Assembly: GCA_963805945.1 (NCBI GenBank)
Contig: CAWDVP010000002.1
Location: 416,001 to 480,000 of the forward strand
Direction: 5' to 3'
DNA: 64,000 nucleotides
Source: Vulcanimicrobiota bacterium
GTDB taxonomy: Bacteria > Vulcanimicrobiota > Vulcanimicrobiia > Eremiobacterales > Eremiobacteraceae
The notes under the pieces were generated by a model. The model searched no databases. It was not told where the DNA came from and saw nothing but the letters and a program-made list of their open reading frames with translations. The position numbers and the translations under genes are program-made. Positions 10,391 through 23,758 of this stretch are shown piece by piece. Numbering within the stretch: position 1 is the stretch's first letter; every line of letters starts with the position of its first letter.

Positions 10391-11842
10391 GTGCAATTCG
10401 AGAGCGAGGCCCAGCGCGCGCTCGACACCGCGACGGCCAAAGGCGCAGATTACTGCGACGTCCGCTTCGGCGTCAACCGCGACGAACACGTCGAGGTGCG
10501 TAACGGCGTCGTCGCCGGTCTCTCCGACGGATCGAGCAGCGGCTTCTCGGTGCGCGCGTTCGTCAACGGCGCGTGGGGCTTCAGCTCGAGCGCATCGCTC
10601 GAGCCGGCGGAGATCGACCGCGTTGCCGCGCAGGCCGTCGCCATCGCGCGCGCCAGCGGCGCGGTGCAGACGCACCGCATCGAACTGCGGCCTGCCGGCA
10701 AGTGCGTCGACACGTACAAGACGCCGCTCGAGATCGATCCGGCGGGCATCTCGACGAGCGAGCGCGTGGCGTATCTGCTCGCGGTCGAAAAAGAGATCCG
10801 CGCGGCGAAGGGCGTCACCGTGGGGCGTGCCTGGATCGACGTGTGGCACACCAAGAAATGCTTCGCGAGCACCGAGGGCAGCCGCATCGAGCAAGACCTC
10901 GTCCAGTGCGGCACCGCGCTCTCGGCGTTGGCGGTCGGCGACGGCGACGTGCAGGATCGCCAGTATCCGGGCACCGCGGGGCTCTATCAGACCGGCGGCT
11001 ACGAGATCGTCAATTCCGCCAATCTGCTCGACAACGCGCGGCGCGCCGGCGAAGAAGCGGTCGCGCTGCTCACCGCGGACCAAAGCCCGAGCGGCACGAT
11101 GGACATCGTCCTCTCCGGCGATCAGACGTCGCTGCAGATCCACGAGTCCATCGGCCACGCGCTCGAGCTGGATCGCGTGCTCGGCTGGGAGGCGAACTTC
11201 TCCGGCCTGTCGTTCGCGACGCTGGACAAACTCGGCTCGTTCCGCTACGGCAGCGACATCGTCAACGTCGTGTGCGACATGACCTGTCCGAAGGCGCTTG
11301 CGACCGAGGGCTACGACGACGAGGGCACGCCCGCCACGAGCGTCGATCTCATCCGCAACGGCATCTTGGTCGGCTACATGGCCGGGCGCGACACCGCGTC
11401 CGCGGCGAAGGTGGACCTCGCAGGCTGCGTGCGCGCCGAGTATTGGGGACGGCTGCCGATGATCCGCATCGGCAACGTGAACCTCAAGCCGGGCACGGCC
11501 TCGCTCGACGAGTTGATCGGCGACGTCAAGCAGGGCATCTATATGGAAGCGAACCGCTCGTGGTCCATCGACGACAAGCGCCTCAACTTCCAGTTCGGCT
11601 GCCAGCTAGGCTACGAGATAAAGGACGGCAAGAAAGGCCGGCTGCTCAAGAATCCCACGTATGCCGGCATGACGCCCGAGTTCTGGAAGTCGTGCGACGC
11701 GATCGGCGACGCCTCGACCTGGGTGGCTTGGGGCACGCCCAACTGCGGCAAGGGCGAGCCGATCCAGACCGCGCGCTCGTGTCAAGGCGCGTCGCCCACG
11801 CGCTTCCGCAACGTCAGCGTCGGAGTCGGCTATGGGGGCTGA
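10391..11842 (+). CDS. tldD: TldD metalloprotease subunit
   Basis: HESIGHALE metal motif, YDDEG, CGKGEP. Confidence 0.93.
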   Translation: MQFESEAQRALDTATAKGADYCDVRFGVNRDEHVEVRNGVVAGLSDGSSSGFSVRAFVNGAWGFSSSASLEPAEIDRVAAQAVAIARASGAVQTHRIELRPAGKCVDTYKTPLEIDPAGISTSERVAYLLAVEKEIRAAKGVTVGRAWIDVWHTKKCFASTEGSRIEQDLVQCGTALSALAVGDGDVQDRQYPGTAGLYQTGGYEIVNSANLLDNARRAGEEAVALLTADQSPSGTMDIVLSGDQTSLQIHESIGHALELDRVLGWEANFSGLSFATLDKLGSFRYGSDIVNVVCDMTCPKALATEGYDDEGTPATSVDLIRNGILVGYMAGRDTASAAKVDLAGCVRAEYWGRLPMIRIGNVNLKPGTASLDELIGDVKQGIYMEANRSWSIDDKRLNFQFGCQLGYEIKDGKKGRLLKNPTYAGMTPEFWKSCDAIGDASTWVAWGTPNCGKGEPIQTARSCQGASPTRFRNVSVGVGYGG

Positions 11843-13172
11843 TTTCATCAACGACCGCGCCGCCGCAGAGGCGGTGCTCGACCGCGCGCTCGCGGCCTCC
11901 ACCGCCGACGAGACCGAGGTGCTCGTGCTGGGCAGCGAGAGCGCGCTCACCCGCTACACCCACAACTACATCCATGAGAACATGGTGGAGCGGAACTGGC
12001 AGCTGTCGGTGCGCGCGGTGATCGGCAAGCGCGTCGGCGTGGCCGCCACCAACCAGCTGGATGAGGCGGGCATCGCGGACGTCGTCGCGCGGGCCGTCGA
12101 GATCGCGCGGCTCACGCCTGAAGACGAAGATTTTCCGGGCCTGCCGTCGGATGCGAGCGCCTGCACGGAGGTCGCGGCGTGCGACGAGGCGACCGCCGCG
12201 CTCTCGCCCGAAGCGCGCGCCGACGCGGTCGCGCAGATCGTGCGCGTGATGCGGCAGAACGACCTGTACGCCGCCGGCTACGTCTCGAGCCGTCACGACG
12301 CCATCGCGCTCGCCAACTCGAAGGGCGTGCGCCGCTACTTCCGCGGCTCCGACAGCGCGATCAACATCAAGGCGATCGGCGCGACGTCGAGCGGCTATGC
12401 CGAGGGCTATGCGCGCCGCTTCTCCGATCTCTCGCCGAGCAAGCTCGCCGAGACGGCCGCGCGCAAGGCGGTCCAAGGCGCGTCGCCGCAGGTGCTCGAG
12501 CCGGGCAAGTACACCGTGATCTTCGAGCCCGCGGCGTTCCGCGAGTTCCTCGGCTACCTCTCGTGGATCGGCTTCGGCGCGCAGCCGTTCGAGCAAGGCT
12601 CGTCGTTCATGAGCGGCAAGATCGGCGAGCGCATCGCCGGCGAGAACGTGACGATGCGCGATGACTTCACGCAGCCGCTCGGACTCGGCTTACCCTTTGA
12701 TTTCGAGGGTGCGCCGCGCCGGCCGGTGACGCTCATCGAGAACGGCATCGCCAAGGAGGTGGTGTACGACTCCTACTACGCGGCGAAGCTCAAGCACGCG
12801 AACACCGGACACGCATTGCCGGCGCCGAACTCCGACGGTCCGCTGCCGCTCAACGTCGTCGTCGCGCCGGGGACGCGCACGCTGGCCGAGATGATCAAAG
12901 GCGTCGAGCACGGCGTGCTGGTGACGCGCACTTGGTATATCCGGCTCGTCGACCAACGTCAGACGATCATCACTGGGATGTCGCGTGACGGGCTGTTCCT
13001 CATCCAGAACGGCGAGCTCGCGCACGGGCTCAAGAACATGCGCTTCAACGAGTCGATCCTCGGCGCGCTCGGGCGCTGCGAGCTGAGCAGCGAGCTCGTG
13101 CGCTCGGAGAGCCACGTGCTGCCGGCCGCCCGCTTCGACGACTTCCACTTCACCAGCGGCACCGAGTTCTAG
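11832..13172 (+). CDS. tldE: TldE/PmbA family protein
   Basis: Overlaps tldD; LEPGKYTVIFEP, PFDFEG, TGHAL, TGMSRDG; lacks HExxxH. Confidence 0.9.
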   Translation: MGADFINDRAAAEAVLDRALAASTADETEVLVLGSESALTRYTHNYIHENMVERNWQLSVRAVIGKRVGVAATNQLDEAGIADVVARAVEIARLTPEDEDFPGLPSDASACTEVAACDEATAALSPEARADAVAQIVRVMRQNDLYAAGYVSSRHDAIALANSKGVRRYFRGSDSAINIKAIGATSSGYAEGYARRFSDLSPSKLAETAARKAVQGASPQVLEPGKYTVIFEPAAFREFLGYLSWIGFGAQPFEQGSSFMSGKIGERIAGENVTMRDDFTQPLGLGLPFDFEGAPRRPVTLIENGIAKEVVYDSYYAAKLKHANTGHALPAPNSDGPLPLNVVVAPGTRTLAEMIKGVEHGVLVTRTWYIRLVDQRQTIITGMSRDGLFLIQNGELAHGLKNMRFNESILGALGRCELSSELVRSESHVLPAARFDDFHFTSGTEF

Positions 13173-13176
13173 CGCG

Positions 13177-13698
13177 CTACTGCGTCGCTCCGGGTGAGGG
13201 CGAGACCGCGGGCGTCGGCTCGGTCACCGGCCGCCGCGGCTCGTGCGACGGAAGAAATATCTCTTTCTGCAGGCCGAACTCGTACGCGATCTTCAGCGCG
13301 CTGGAATTGAGCGCCGCGCCGTGCGCATCGGTCGGGCACGACACGTCCGGCGAACGCTGGCCGCGCCACCACACGAAGGTCCGCGTGCCGAACGACACGC
13401 TCTTCATGCAGCCCACCGTGGGCAGCTGCGACAGCGGCATCGCCGCGTCGAGGTTCGCGAAGAGCACCAGCGCCAGATCTTCGCTCAACTGCGTCTTCTT
13501 GCGCGTCGTGCCGCTCACATACTCGGCATCGCCGTTGCGCTGGATGACGATGCGATAGCCGAGCGCATTCGTCGAGCCTGTGTTGAGGATCACCGCAGCG
13601 TCGTGCGGCACCGGCAGATAGGGCACGGGCTGCGCCGCCGATGCGGGCAGCGCGCACGCGCAGGCGAGCAAGGCGGCGAGGGCAAGCGTTTTCTTCAT
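13177..13698 (-). CDS. Secreted hypothetical protein
   Basis: Signal peptide MKKTLALAALL...ASA; AAGGA RBS; ILNTGSTN, CMKSVSFGT, SPDVSC. Confidence 0.75.
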   Translation of the reverse strand: MKKTLALAALLACACALPASAAQPVPYLPVPHDAAVILNTGSTNALGYRIVIQRNGDAEYVSGTTRKKTQLSEDLALVLFANLDAAMPLSQLPTVGCMKSVSFGTRTFVWWRGQRSPDVSCPTDAHGAALNSSALKIAYEFGLQKEIFLPSHEPRRPVTEPTPAVSPSPGATQ

Positions 13699-13778
13699 AT
13701 CTTTTCCTTTAACGTGAGCGGGCCGCACGGCGTTTCAGCAGGCGTTAAAGGCCCGTGAGGAAAATTCTTCTGTCCCGA

Positions 13779-13862
13779 GCCGAAGTGGCGAAACTGGCAG
13801 ACGCGCAAGTTTCAGGTATTTGTGTCCGCAAGGACGTGCAGGTTCAAGTCCTGTCTTCGGCA
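13779..13862 (+). tRNA. tRNA-Leu (anticodon CAG), CCA not encoded
   Basis: Acceptor GCCGAAG/CTTCGGC+A; anticodon arm CAAGT-TTCAGGT-ATTTG; long variable arm GTCC-GCAA-GGAC; T-loop TTCAAGT. Confidence 0.96.
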
Positions 13863-13903
13863 AGTTCTTCGTGCGCGGCGCTCAACGCGCCAGAGGGGAT
13901 CAC

Positions 13904-16163
<2,260 letters not shown>

Positions 16164-16192
<29 letters not shown>

Positions 16193-16836
16193 CCGCGGGC
16201 GCGTCGTAACCGCGTACAGACGTGGTCAGGTGCCGGCGGTAGCGGCGCTCGACGGCGCGCAGCAAGAGATCCACTGAGATGGCTAACGCCGCCGAGACGA
16301 GCGCGCCTGCGACCGCCTTCTCCGGATAGTCATGCTCGATGCCGTCGAGCACGAGCGTCCCCAACCCGCCGGCGTTGATCCAGGCCGCCACGGTCGCGAT
16401 ACCGATGAGCGACACGGTCGCGAGGCGCACCCCCGCGATGAACACCGGAGTGGCGAGCGGGCGCTCGACACGCCACAACGTCTGCGCAGCGCTCATGCCC
16501 ATGGCGCGCGCGGCTTCGACCGTGGCGGCGTCGACGCCGTCGAGCGCCGTCGCGGTGTTGCGCACGAGGATCATCTGCGCGTAAGCGGCAAGCGCGACGA
16601 CCGCTGTCCAAAAGCCAAGCCCGAGGAGCGGGATGAGCAGCGCGAAGAGCGCGAGGCTCGGGATCGTGTAGATCACCCCGAGCACGCCGTAGACCGGCAC
16701 GGTGAGGGCACGGTAGCGCGCGGCGATGCCCGCGGGCAGCGCGACGCAAGGGCTAGCGCGAGCGCCACGCCGAGAGCGCCACGTGCTCGAGGCCTAGGCG
16801 CGCGACCAGCAGCGGATGATGGACGAGATAGCTCAT
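16164..16836 (-). CDS. OpuC/Osm-type osmoprotectant ABC permease (5' part frameshifted; 3' end uncertain)
   Basis: YTIPSLALF, EAARAMGMS, INAGGLG; ATGA overlap with the ATPase at 16833-16836. Confidence 0.8.
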
Positions 16837-17810
16837 GGCCTCTCCCCGCGCCCGCCGCATGCGCGGCGGCTAGCATCCGCTCGAGGGTGAGCGTGCCGGT
16901 GTGGCGCCGGACGCGTCGACGACCCGCAGCCGCAACGCGCCCGCGGCGAGCATGGCCGAGAGCGCCATCCGCAGATCGCCGCTTGCCACGATCGATGGGC
17001 CGTCGCCGCGCGCCCGCGCCATCGTCAAGGGCGACGTCTGCCACCGCCATGAGGCTGAAACGGCGTACAAGTCGCCTGCGTTGACGAGTTCGCCGACAAA
17101 TGCGTCTGCCGGGCCGTGCCAAGAGGTCGAGCGGCCGCGCGTATTGCACGATGCGGCCGGCGCGCAGACGATGAGCGATCGGCCAGGCGCAGCGCCTCAT
17201 CGACGTCATGGGTCACGAAGAGCACCGTCTTGTGCAGGCGCTGAGTGCGGCGAGATCATCTCGGCCTGCAGGCGGGCGCGCTCGATCGCGTCGATCGCGC
17301 CGAACGGCTCGTCCATGAGCAGGATGTCGGGATCGGCGGCAAGCGCGCGCGCCAGGCCGACGCGCTGCTGCTTCCGCCCGAGAGCGCGCGGGATACCGCG
17401 CCGCGATAGCGCGGCGGGTGAGATCACGAGCGCCAGCATTTCGTCGACGCGCGCGCGGGTGCGCGCGGCATCGCCAGCCGAGCAGCGACGGCACGACCGC
17501 GGTGTTCTCGGCGACCGTCATGTGCGCGAACAGGCCGACCTGCTGGATGACGTAGCCGATGCCCGGCGCAGCGCGACCGCATCGACCGTCGCGACGTCGC
17601 CGCCATTGACGACACGCGGCCGGACGTCACTCGAAGAAGCGATTGACGGTCTTAGCAGCGTGTCTTGCCGCTGCCCGAAGGTCCGAGGAGCACGACGAAC
17701 TGCCCGCGCGCGACCTCAAACAGACGTCATCGACGACGCGCGGGCCCGACCGGGGCGATATTCCTTGACGACGTGTTCGAAGGCGATGCCGTGTCGGGTC
17801 TCAGGCGTCA
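16833..17810 (-). CDS. OpuC/Osm-type ABC ATPase (heavily frameshifted, approximate ends)
   Basis: Fragments [66 protein letters not shown]. Confidence 0.8.
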
Positions 17811-18703
17811 GCGAGGGACGTGGCCGGTCGGCTACTGCGAGGAAGTCGCGGCGACGTCGGCGGGCTCTTCCTGTCGCCGTCGACGCGCCAATTCAGACGG
17901 CGCATCGTCGCGTCGGTGAGGAACGGCGCCAGCGCGTTGAGCGCGCCCGCGATCTCGGGAAGCGCCGCGAGCGCGTCGGCGCGGACGACCGGCGCGACCT
18001 GGTAGGGCGGGAAGAAATGTTGTCGTCGTCGAGCACGACGAGATGGTCTGCATCGATCTGCCCGTCCGTGCCGAAGGCGACGACCACGTCGACGTCACCC
18101 CCAGCAGGGCACTATACTTGAGCCCGATGTCGATAGTGCACGACTCGCGAAAGGCGAAGCCGCCATAGGCTTTGACAGCCCGGGGAGCCCATCGGGCCGA
18201 TCGAGGAATTCATGAGGCGCTCCCAAGCGCAGCTGCGGCGCGAGGCTTCGCGCACTCCGACAGGTCGAAGAGGCGAAGCTCGGCGGTATGCTGCGTCGTC
18301 GCCAGCGCCTGCGTGTCGTTCATCGGCGCCGGCTGAGCCAAGTCAGATCGTAGCGCGCCGCGTACTGCGACTTACGACTGGTAGACCGCCTCGCGGTTGC
18401 GCATCGGCGCGTGCTTGAGCAGGACGAGCAATGCGGTGCCGGTGTACTCGGGGTAGAGATCGATGTCGCCGCGCGCCAGCGCGGCCATCGCGACCTGCGT
18501 GCTGCCCAAGTCGAGCCTGCGCTGCACCGGTCAAGCCGCGGTTCTCGAGCGCCAGGGCGTAGATCTCGCCGAGCAGCAGCTCTTCGGTGAAGTTCTTCGA
18601 ACCGACCTTAATGCGCGCGCGGTTGGCGCACGCGGCGGGGAGCAGCGCGCCTGCGGCGAGCATGGCGAGCGCATCACGGCGCGTGATGAGAAGGTGAGCT
18701 CAT
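17800..18703 (-). CDS. Glycine betaine/quaternary-amine ABC substrate-binding lipoprotein (frameshifted)
   Basis: IKVGSKNFTEELLLGEIY, GDIDLYPEYTGT, VVAFGTDGQI, LDDDN. Confidence 0.8.
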
Positions 18704-19346
18704 GCGGCGATCGCGCGCGGCGTGAGCCGCCGCTGTGCGAGCGAGAGCAGACCCTCAGCCGCCAACGCGAGCAGCGCGACCGCAGATCGCCCCGGTCAGC
18801 AGTTCGCCGATGTTGTCGTTCTGCAGTCCGGCGACGATCAGGTCGCCGAGCCCACCGCCGCCGATGAACGCCGCGAGCGTCGCGGACGCGATGACCTCGA
18901 CCGCGGCGGTGCGGACGCCGGCGAGGATCACGCCGGCGCGGCGAGCGGCGTCTCGACGCGTCGAAGACCTGGCCCGGCAGCATGCCCATGCCGACCGCCG
19001 CCTCGAACCGCGGCGCGATGACCGACGCATAGCCGAGGTCGGTATTGATGAGGATCGGCGGGATGGCGAGCAGGATGAGCGCGACGAGAGCCGGCTTCGT
19101 CCCCAGGCCGAGCACCGGCAGCATGAGCGCGAGCACCGCCAGGCTCGGGATCGAACGGAGCCCCGTCATGAAGCCGACCACGCCTGCGCCGGCGGGCCGG
19201 CGCGACGTCCATATGCCGAGCGGGATGCACACGGCGGCCGCGACCAGCAACGCGCTCACGCTCAGGCCGAGATGGACGTACAGCGCGTGCAGCAGCGTCC
19301 GCTCGTTGGCGAGCACATAAGCGACCATCTGCGCAGGCCCCGTCAT
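18700..19346 (-). CDS. OpuC/Osm-type ABC permease (3' part frameshifted)
   Basis: RSIPSLAVL, IPPILINT, EAAVGMGM, AFIGGGGLG. Confidence 0.82.
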
Positions 19347-20044
19347 GGCGTCGCACCTTCAAGCCGGAGCGCCGCGCGTACCTCTTCATCCGAGGCTTCG
19401 TGGAAGTCTTCGTAGTAGCGCCCCACCGCGAACTGCCGCTCGCGCGCCGGCTGCAGCACCACGAGCCGGTCGCACGCCGTGCCGAAGCGTTCGAGGTAGT
19501 CGGCAGGCGCCACCGGGACCGCGCACACGATGCGGCGCGCCTCGAAGCGACGCGCATACGCGATCGCGCACAGCATCGTCGCGCTCGTCGCGATGCCGTC
19601 GTCGATGAGCACGACGGTGCGCCCTTTGATGTCGAGCGGGGGCCGGCCCTCGCGCAACTGCGCCTGGAGGTCCCGGGCGCGCCGCGCGGCGTCGTCGATG
19701 CGCGCTTGGAGATCGACCGGCGCGAGTTCGCGGGCGTATTCGGTGAGCACCACGTCGCCGGCTGCGGAGACGGCGCCGAGCGCGAGCTCCGGCTGGCCGG
19801 GATGGCCGACTTTGCGCACGACGCACACGTCGAGCGGCGCATGGAGCGCCCGCGCGATGGGAGCGGCGACGAGCACCCCGCCGCGCGCGATGCCGAGCAC
19901 CGCGGGCCGCTCTTCATCCTGGAGCCGGAGCGCGAGCAGCGCGCCCGCGGCGTTACGGTCTTTGAAGATTAGGAGCGTTCGGCGCCGGGAAGGCGCGCAC
20001 GCCGAATTGGTTCGCGGCGACTCGTTCGGCGACGAACGAATCAA
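19343..20044 (-). CDS. Phosphoribosyltransferase-like protein (true start probably near 19969)
   Basis: FKDR..AG, RGGV, RKVGHPGQPELALGAV, VLIDDGIATSAT PRT motif, VGRYYEDF. Confidence 0.88.
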   Translation of the reverse strand: MIRSSPNESPRTNSACAPSRRRTLLIFKDRNAAGALLALRLQDEERPAVLGIARGGVLVAAPIARALHAPLDVCVVRKVGHPGQPELALGAVSAAGDVVLTEYARELAPVDLQARIDDAARRARDLQAQLREGRPPLDIKGRTVVLIDDGIATSATMLCAIAYARRFEARRIVCAVPVAPADYLERFGTACDRLVVLQPARERQFAVGRYYEDFHEASDEEVRAALRLEGATP

Positions 20045-20390
20045 GGCGGAAGCGTTCCTCTTCGCTCATGTGGACGAAGCTCACGCCGTAGCGCGCGTGG
20101 AAGCCCTGATCGCCGGGGCGTGCGTACACGACGCGGCCCGACAGTTCGTAGCGCTGGTCGCGGCCGAAATACATCGACAGGCCGAGCTGTTCGCCCACGC
20201 GCAGGCGCTGGTGGGTGCGCAGGCATGCGCCGCCGGACGAGACGTCCTGAAGGATAGCCGGGCCCTCGCCGCCGTCGATCAAGCGCAGTCTGATAGGCTC
20301 GCTCATCGCGAGACGCGTGGATAGACGCGGCTTGGTACCGCGTGCGTCTGTCTTATTCTTCGATTTGAACAGAAAGCCGAAAATGGACAT
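19953..20390 (-). CDS. PilZ-domain c-di-GMP receptor
   Basis: RxxxR (RLSTR) and DxSxxG (DVSSGG); GRVV..R, YGVSF. Confidence 0.85.
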   Translation of the reverse strand: MSIFGFLFKSKNKTDARGTKPRLSTRLAMSEPIRLRLIDGGEGPAILQDVSSGGACLRTHQRLRVGEQLGLSMYFGRDQRYELSGRVVYARPGDQGFHARYGVSFVHMSEEERFRLDSFVAERVAANQFGVRAFPAPNAPNLQRP

Positions 20391-20491
20391 GGTCGGGCGT
20401 GCGCCCCTAGTCCGCCCCTCTCGGTCCAGTCCCCCAGGTCTTAATGATACGGTCCCGTGCTAGGGGTGTCAAGCGAAAGCCCGTTTGGTCG

Positions 20492-22516
20492 CTAGCCCGC
20501 CTCTTGAGGGAAACCGATGAGCCGGCCCACGAGCAGTTGTCCGTCGAGCACGAACGCGTTGCCGCCCGCGGCCCGCGCGATGCGTTTGTAGCGGGCGGTC
20601 TTGCCCGCGAGCCCCGCCAGGTTCGGTAGCGGCGATTGCAAAGCGGTGATGCCAACCACCGAGAGTCCGACGCCGGGCGGGACGGTCGAGAAATCGCCGG
20701 CGGGACCGATGTCTCTGCCGAGCGGCGCCGTTTGTTTCGCGAAGCTGTCGAGGATCTTGCGTCCCAGCCACTCGACCTTGTCCGGTGCGCATAGGATGGC
20801 GAAGTTGACGCCGCCCAGATGACCGACGAGCGCCTGCCGGTCGTCGGATTCGCCGACGACGATGGAGAGCGTCCTCGCGAGCATGGCGATCACCTCATCG
20901 CCGCGCTCGACGCCGTAGCGTTCGTTGTACGTGCGGAAGTTGAGCAGATCCGCGTGCAGCACCGCGAACGGCGTCTCCGTGGACGCACGCCGATCGATCT
21001 CTTGCTGTAGCGGGATGCGGCCGGGCAGACCGGTGAGCGGATTGGCGCTGCGCGCCATCGTCGCCTGGAACTCGGTCATCGTGTGGAGCAGATCGCGCAC
21101 CGACACGACGCCGGAATAGACGCCGTTCTCGAGCACGACGATCTCTTCGTACATCTCGGTACGGCGGCGGTGCGTCACCTTGCGCGCCACGTCTTCGATC
21201 GAATCCTTCGCGTCGACGGCGATGTACGAGTCGTCCATGACCAGCCGCGCGGGCCGCTTCGCGTAGATGGCGACGCCGAAGGGATGCGACAAGCGTTCGT
21301 ACAGCTTCGTTCGGCTCACCAGCCCGACCGGCGCGCCGAACTCGGTGAGCACGATGCTGTCGAGGTCGGAATTGCGGTCGAAGATCTCCAGCAGCTCGCT
21401 TGTGTAGGCTGTCGGCATGAGTGCGGGCGCGCGTCGCGCGATGGTGTTGATGGCCATGCGCTTGGGCATGGGTGCGGCGCGCTGCAATGCGAATTTCTCG
21501 CGGATGAACGCGGTGATCTCGGGCCGCGGCTCGATGAAGCCGGTTGACGGGCGGCCCAACAAAAAGCCTTGGCCGAGATCGACCTGGATATCGATGATGG
21601 TCGCGAGCTCGTCAACGGTCTCGATGCCTTCGGCGAGCACCTTCGCGTCGATGCGTTTGGCGAAGATGATCAGGGCCGACACGAGCGCGCTCTTGGCAGG
21701 GTCGCTATCGATGCCGCGCACGAGCGCCATGTCGAGCTTGATGTAGTGCGGCCGCACCTCGGTGACCGCACGCAGGCTGTTGTGTCCGGCGCCGGCGTCG
21801 TCGATCGCGACCTTGAAGCCCTGGCGGTAATAGTAGAGCAGTGCGTCCTTGAGCAGGGCGAAGTCGGCGACCGCCTGTTTCTCGGTGATCTCGAGGACGA
21901 CGCGCTCTTGCGCGAGCCGGCTCTGCTCCATGACCTCGCGCGACAGCCCGGCGTTCTGCTCTTCGAGCACGCGTGGGCTCAGGTTGAGGAAGAGAAAGCA
22001 GCCGCTCGGTATGCCCGCCGCAGCGGCGATGGAGCGGAAGCGGCACACGCGCTCGAGGCGTTGCGTCTCGCCGGCGGCGGCGGCGGCGGAGAACAGGGCG
22101 TCCGCGGTCTCGAGACGCGTGCCGATCGGTCCGCGCGAGAGCGCTTCGTAACCGTAGACACTGCCGTCGCTGAGATCGATGATGGGTTGGAAGACCGAAC
22201 GGATGCGGTTCTCGTTGAGCACCTGCTCGAGGTCGTCGTCGCGTTCTGCGGTCCGCGGCGGCGGTTCGAAGATGGTTGGCACGGCCTGGACCGGTCGCGG
22301 CGGCGGCGGTGTCGGCGCTTGCGGCGGCGCGGGAGTCGGCGACTGGATCGCGGGCGGCGATGTCTCGGCCGCTTGCGCGTTCTCAGGGATCTGTTGGGCC
22401 GGCGGCTCTGCGATCGCGCCTTCGGCCGACGCAGGCAGCGGCGATCGCTCGCCGGTGACGAACCCGAGCAGTCTGCTGAAGCGGCCTTTTATGCGCTTGG
22501 ATGATTCGTCGAACAC
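20492..22516 (-). CDS. EAL-CBS-GGDEF protein (phosphodiesterase; GGDEF degenerate)
   Basis: FQPI, YEALSRG, IDDAGAG, IKLD, AEGIET, QGFL; CBS pair; NPLTGLPG; A-site GHLGGVNF. Confidence 0.9.
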   Translation of the reverse strand: MFDESSKRIKGRFSRLLGFVTGERSPLPASAEGAIAEPPAQQIPENAQAAETSPPAIQSPTPAPPQAPTPPPPRPVQAVPTIFEPPPRTAERDDDLEQVLNENRIRSVFQPIIDLSDGSVYGYEALSRGPIGTRLETADALFSAAAAAGETQRLERVCRFRSIAAAAGIPSGCFLFLNLSPRVLEEQNAGLSREVMEQSRLAQERVVLEITEKQAVADFALLKDALLYYYRQGFKVAIDDAGAGHNSLRAVTEVRPHYIKLDMALVRGIDSDPAKSALVSALIIFAKRIDAKVLAEGIETVDELATIIDIQVDLGQGFLLGRPSTGFIEPRPEITAFIREKFALQRAAPMPKRMAINTIARRAPALMPTAYTSELLEIFDRNSDLDSIVLTEFGAPVGLVSRTKLYERLSHPFGVAIYAKRPARLVMDDSYIAVDAKDSIEDVARKVTHRRRTEMYEEIVVLENGVYSGVVSVRDLLHTMTEFQATMARSANPLTGLPGRIPLQQEIDRRASTETPFAVLHADLLNFRTYNERYGVERGDEVIAMLARTLSIVVGESDDRQALVGHLGGVNFAILCAPDKVEWLGRKILDSFAKQTAPLGRDIGPAGDFSTVPPGVGLSVVGITALQSPLPNLAGLAGKTARYKRIARAAGGNAFVLDGQLLVGRLIGFPQEAG

Positions 22517-22638
22517 GCCGTTCTATCTATATAAGCGGACCCTGCGAGAACGCGATGCCGTACCTAGGTCATCGGAATGGCAGGCATTGGACATTAGGCG
22601 CGAACCCCTGTTCGGCCTTGAAGTGAGCGCGAGGGTGC

Positions 22639-22881
22639 CTACTTATTGAAATAGTCGGCGTTGATCTGGGTGTATTCTTTCCACTGCTCGGGCACTTCGG
22701 TCTCGTTGTAGATCGCCGTGACCGGGCAGGCCGCGACGCATGCGCCGCAATCGATGCAGGTCGTCGGATCGATGAACAGCATCTGGTCTTCGTCGCCGCC
22801 CTTGATGCAGTCGACAGGACAGACGTCGATGCACGACTTGTCTTTGACGCCGATGCAGGGCTGGCAGATGACGTAGGTCAC
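22639..22881 (-). CDS. Ferredoxin (7Fe/4Fe-4S type)
   Basis: CIGVKDKSCIDVCPVDC and CIDCGACVAACP. Confidence 0.95.
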   Translation of the reverse strand: MTYVICQPCIGVKDKSCIDVCPVDCIKGGDEDQMLFIDPTTCIDCGACVAACPVTAIYNETEVPEQWKEYTQINADYFNK

Positions 22882-22900
22882 TTCAGGTCTTGGGCCTCCG

Positions 22901-23758
22901 ATGATCGAGTGCCACGCCCTCTTCTACGCCGCCCGCTCCGGACCTACTGCGCACGCGCGCCGAAGGGCCCGCCGCATGCGCGTGGAAGCCGCCGCGGTGG
23001 CGCACACGATTTCCATCGGCCGTTATACGGACATCGTTCGCAGGCTCGACGCGATCGGCCGGCGCCCGGGCTTCACGCTGACGGTGCTGGGCGTCTTGCG
23101 GCGCTCCGGCTACGCGCTGCCGTTCTTCATGGTGCGCGCGGGCCCCGCGGCCGGACCGCAATTGTGCGTGAGCGCGGGCATGCATGGCGACGAGCCCGCC
23201 GGCGTCGAGGCGCTGCTGGCGTTCCTCGAGCTGCCGTCGCAGCCGGCCATCGGCGTCACCGCCTTCCCATGCATCAACCCGGCCGGCTTCATCGCAGGCA
23301 CGCGGCGCAACGATCTCGGCCTCGATCTCAATCGCACTTTCGGCCAAGAGCGCGGACCGCAGGAGATCGAGCTCGTGCGCGCGGCGCTCGACGGCCGGCG
23401 CTTCGACGCCGGCGTGGATCTGCATGAGGATTCCGAGGCGCGCGGCTTCTATCTGTACGAGCACGTGCGCGCGCCGCGGCATGAGCTCGGGCCGCGCATC
23501 GTCGCCGCCGTACGCGCGATCGGCTTGCCGATCAACGACGTGCCGACGATCGAGGAGCGCCCGCTCGTCGACGGCTGCGTCGAGCCCGCCGACGAGACGC
23601 TCTCGCCGCTGGTCGGGTTCTTCTCCATCTACCTGTTCGACCGCCACAGCGATCAGACGCTCGTGCCGGAGTCGCCGCCGCGGCTGCCCATGCCGGCGCG
23701 CGTCGCGATGCACATCGCGACGCTCAACACGGTGATCGCCGCGCTGCCGCCGTCGTGA
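22901..23758 (+). CDS. M14-type zinc carboxypeptidase/desuccinylase-like protein (start may be 22976)
   Basis: AGMHGDEPAG, INPAG, RRN..DLNR, DLHED. Confidence 0.85.
   Translation: MIECHALFYAARSGPTAHARRRARRMRVEAAAVAHTISIGRYTDIVRRLDAIGRRPGFTLTVLGVLRRSGYALPFFMVRAGPAAGPQLCVSAGMHGDEPAGVEALLAFLELPSQPAIGVTAFPCINPAGFIAGTRRNDLGLDLNRTFGQERGPQEIELVRAALDGRRFDAGVDLHEDSEARGFYLYEHVRAPRHELGPRIVAAVRAIGLPINDVPTIEERPLVDGCVEPADETLSPLVGFFSIYLFDRHSDQTLVPESPPRLPMPARVAMHIATLNTVIAALPPS

Noticed and set aside
10391..13172. TldD/E as part of a RiPP biosynthetic cluster
   Set aside because: No precursor peptide or modifying enzymes are nearby; it looks like an ordinary housekeeping pair.
13779..13862. Selenocysteine/opal-suppressor tRNA reading (TCA visible in the loop)
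   Set aside because: The 7-nt loop TTCAGGT centres on CAG; the 7-bp acceptor stem and A discriminator fit tRNA-Leu.
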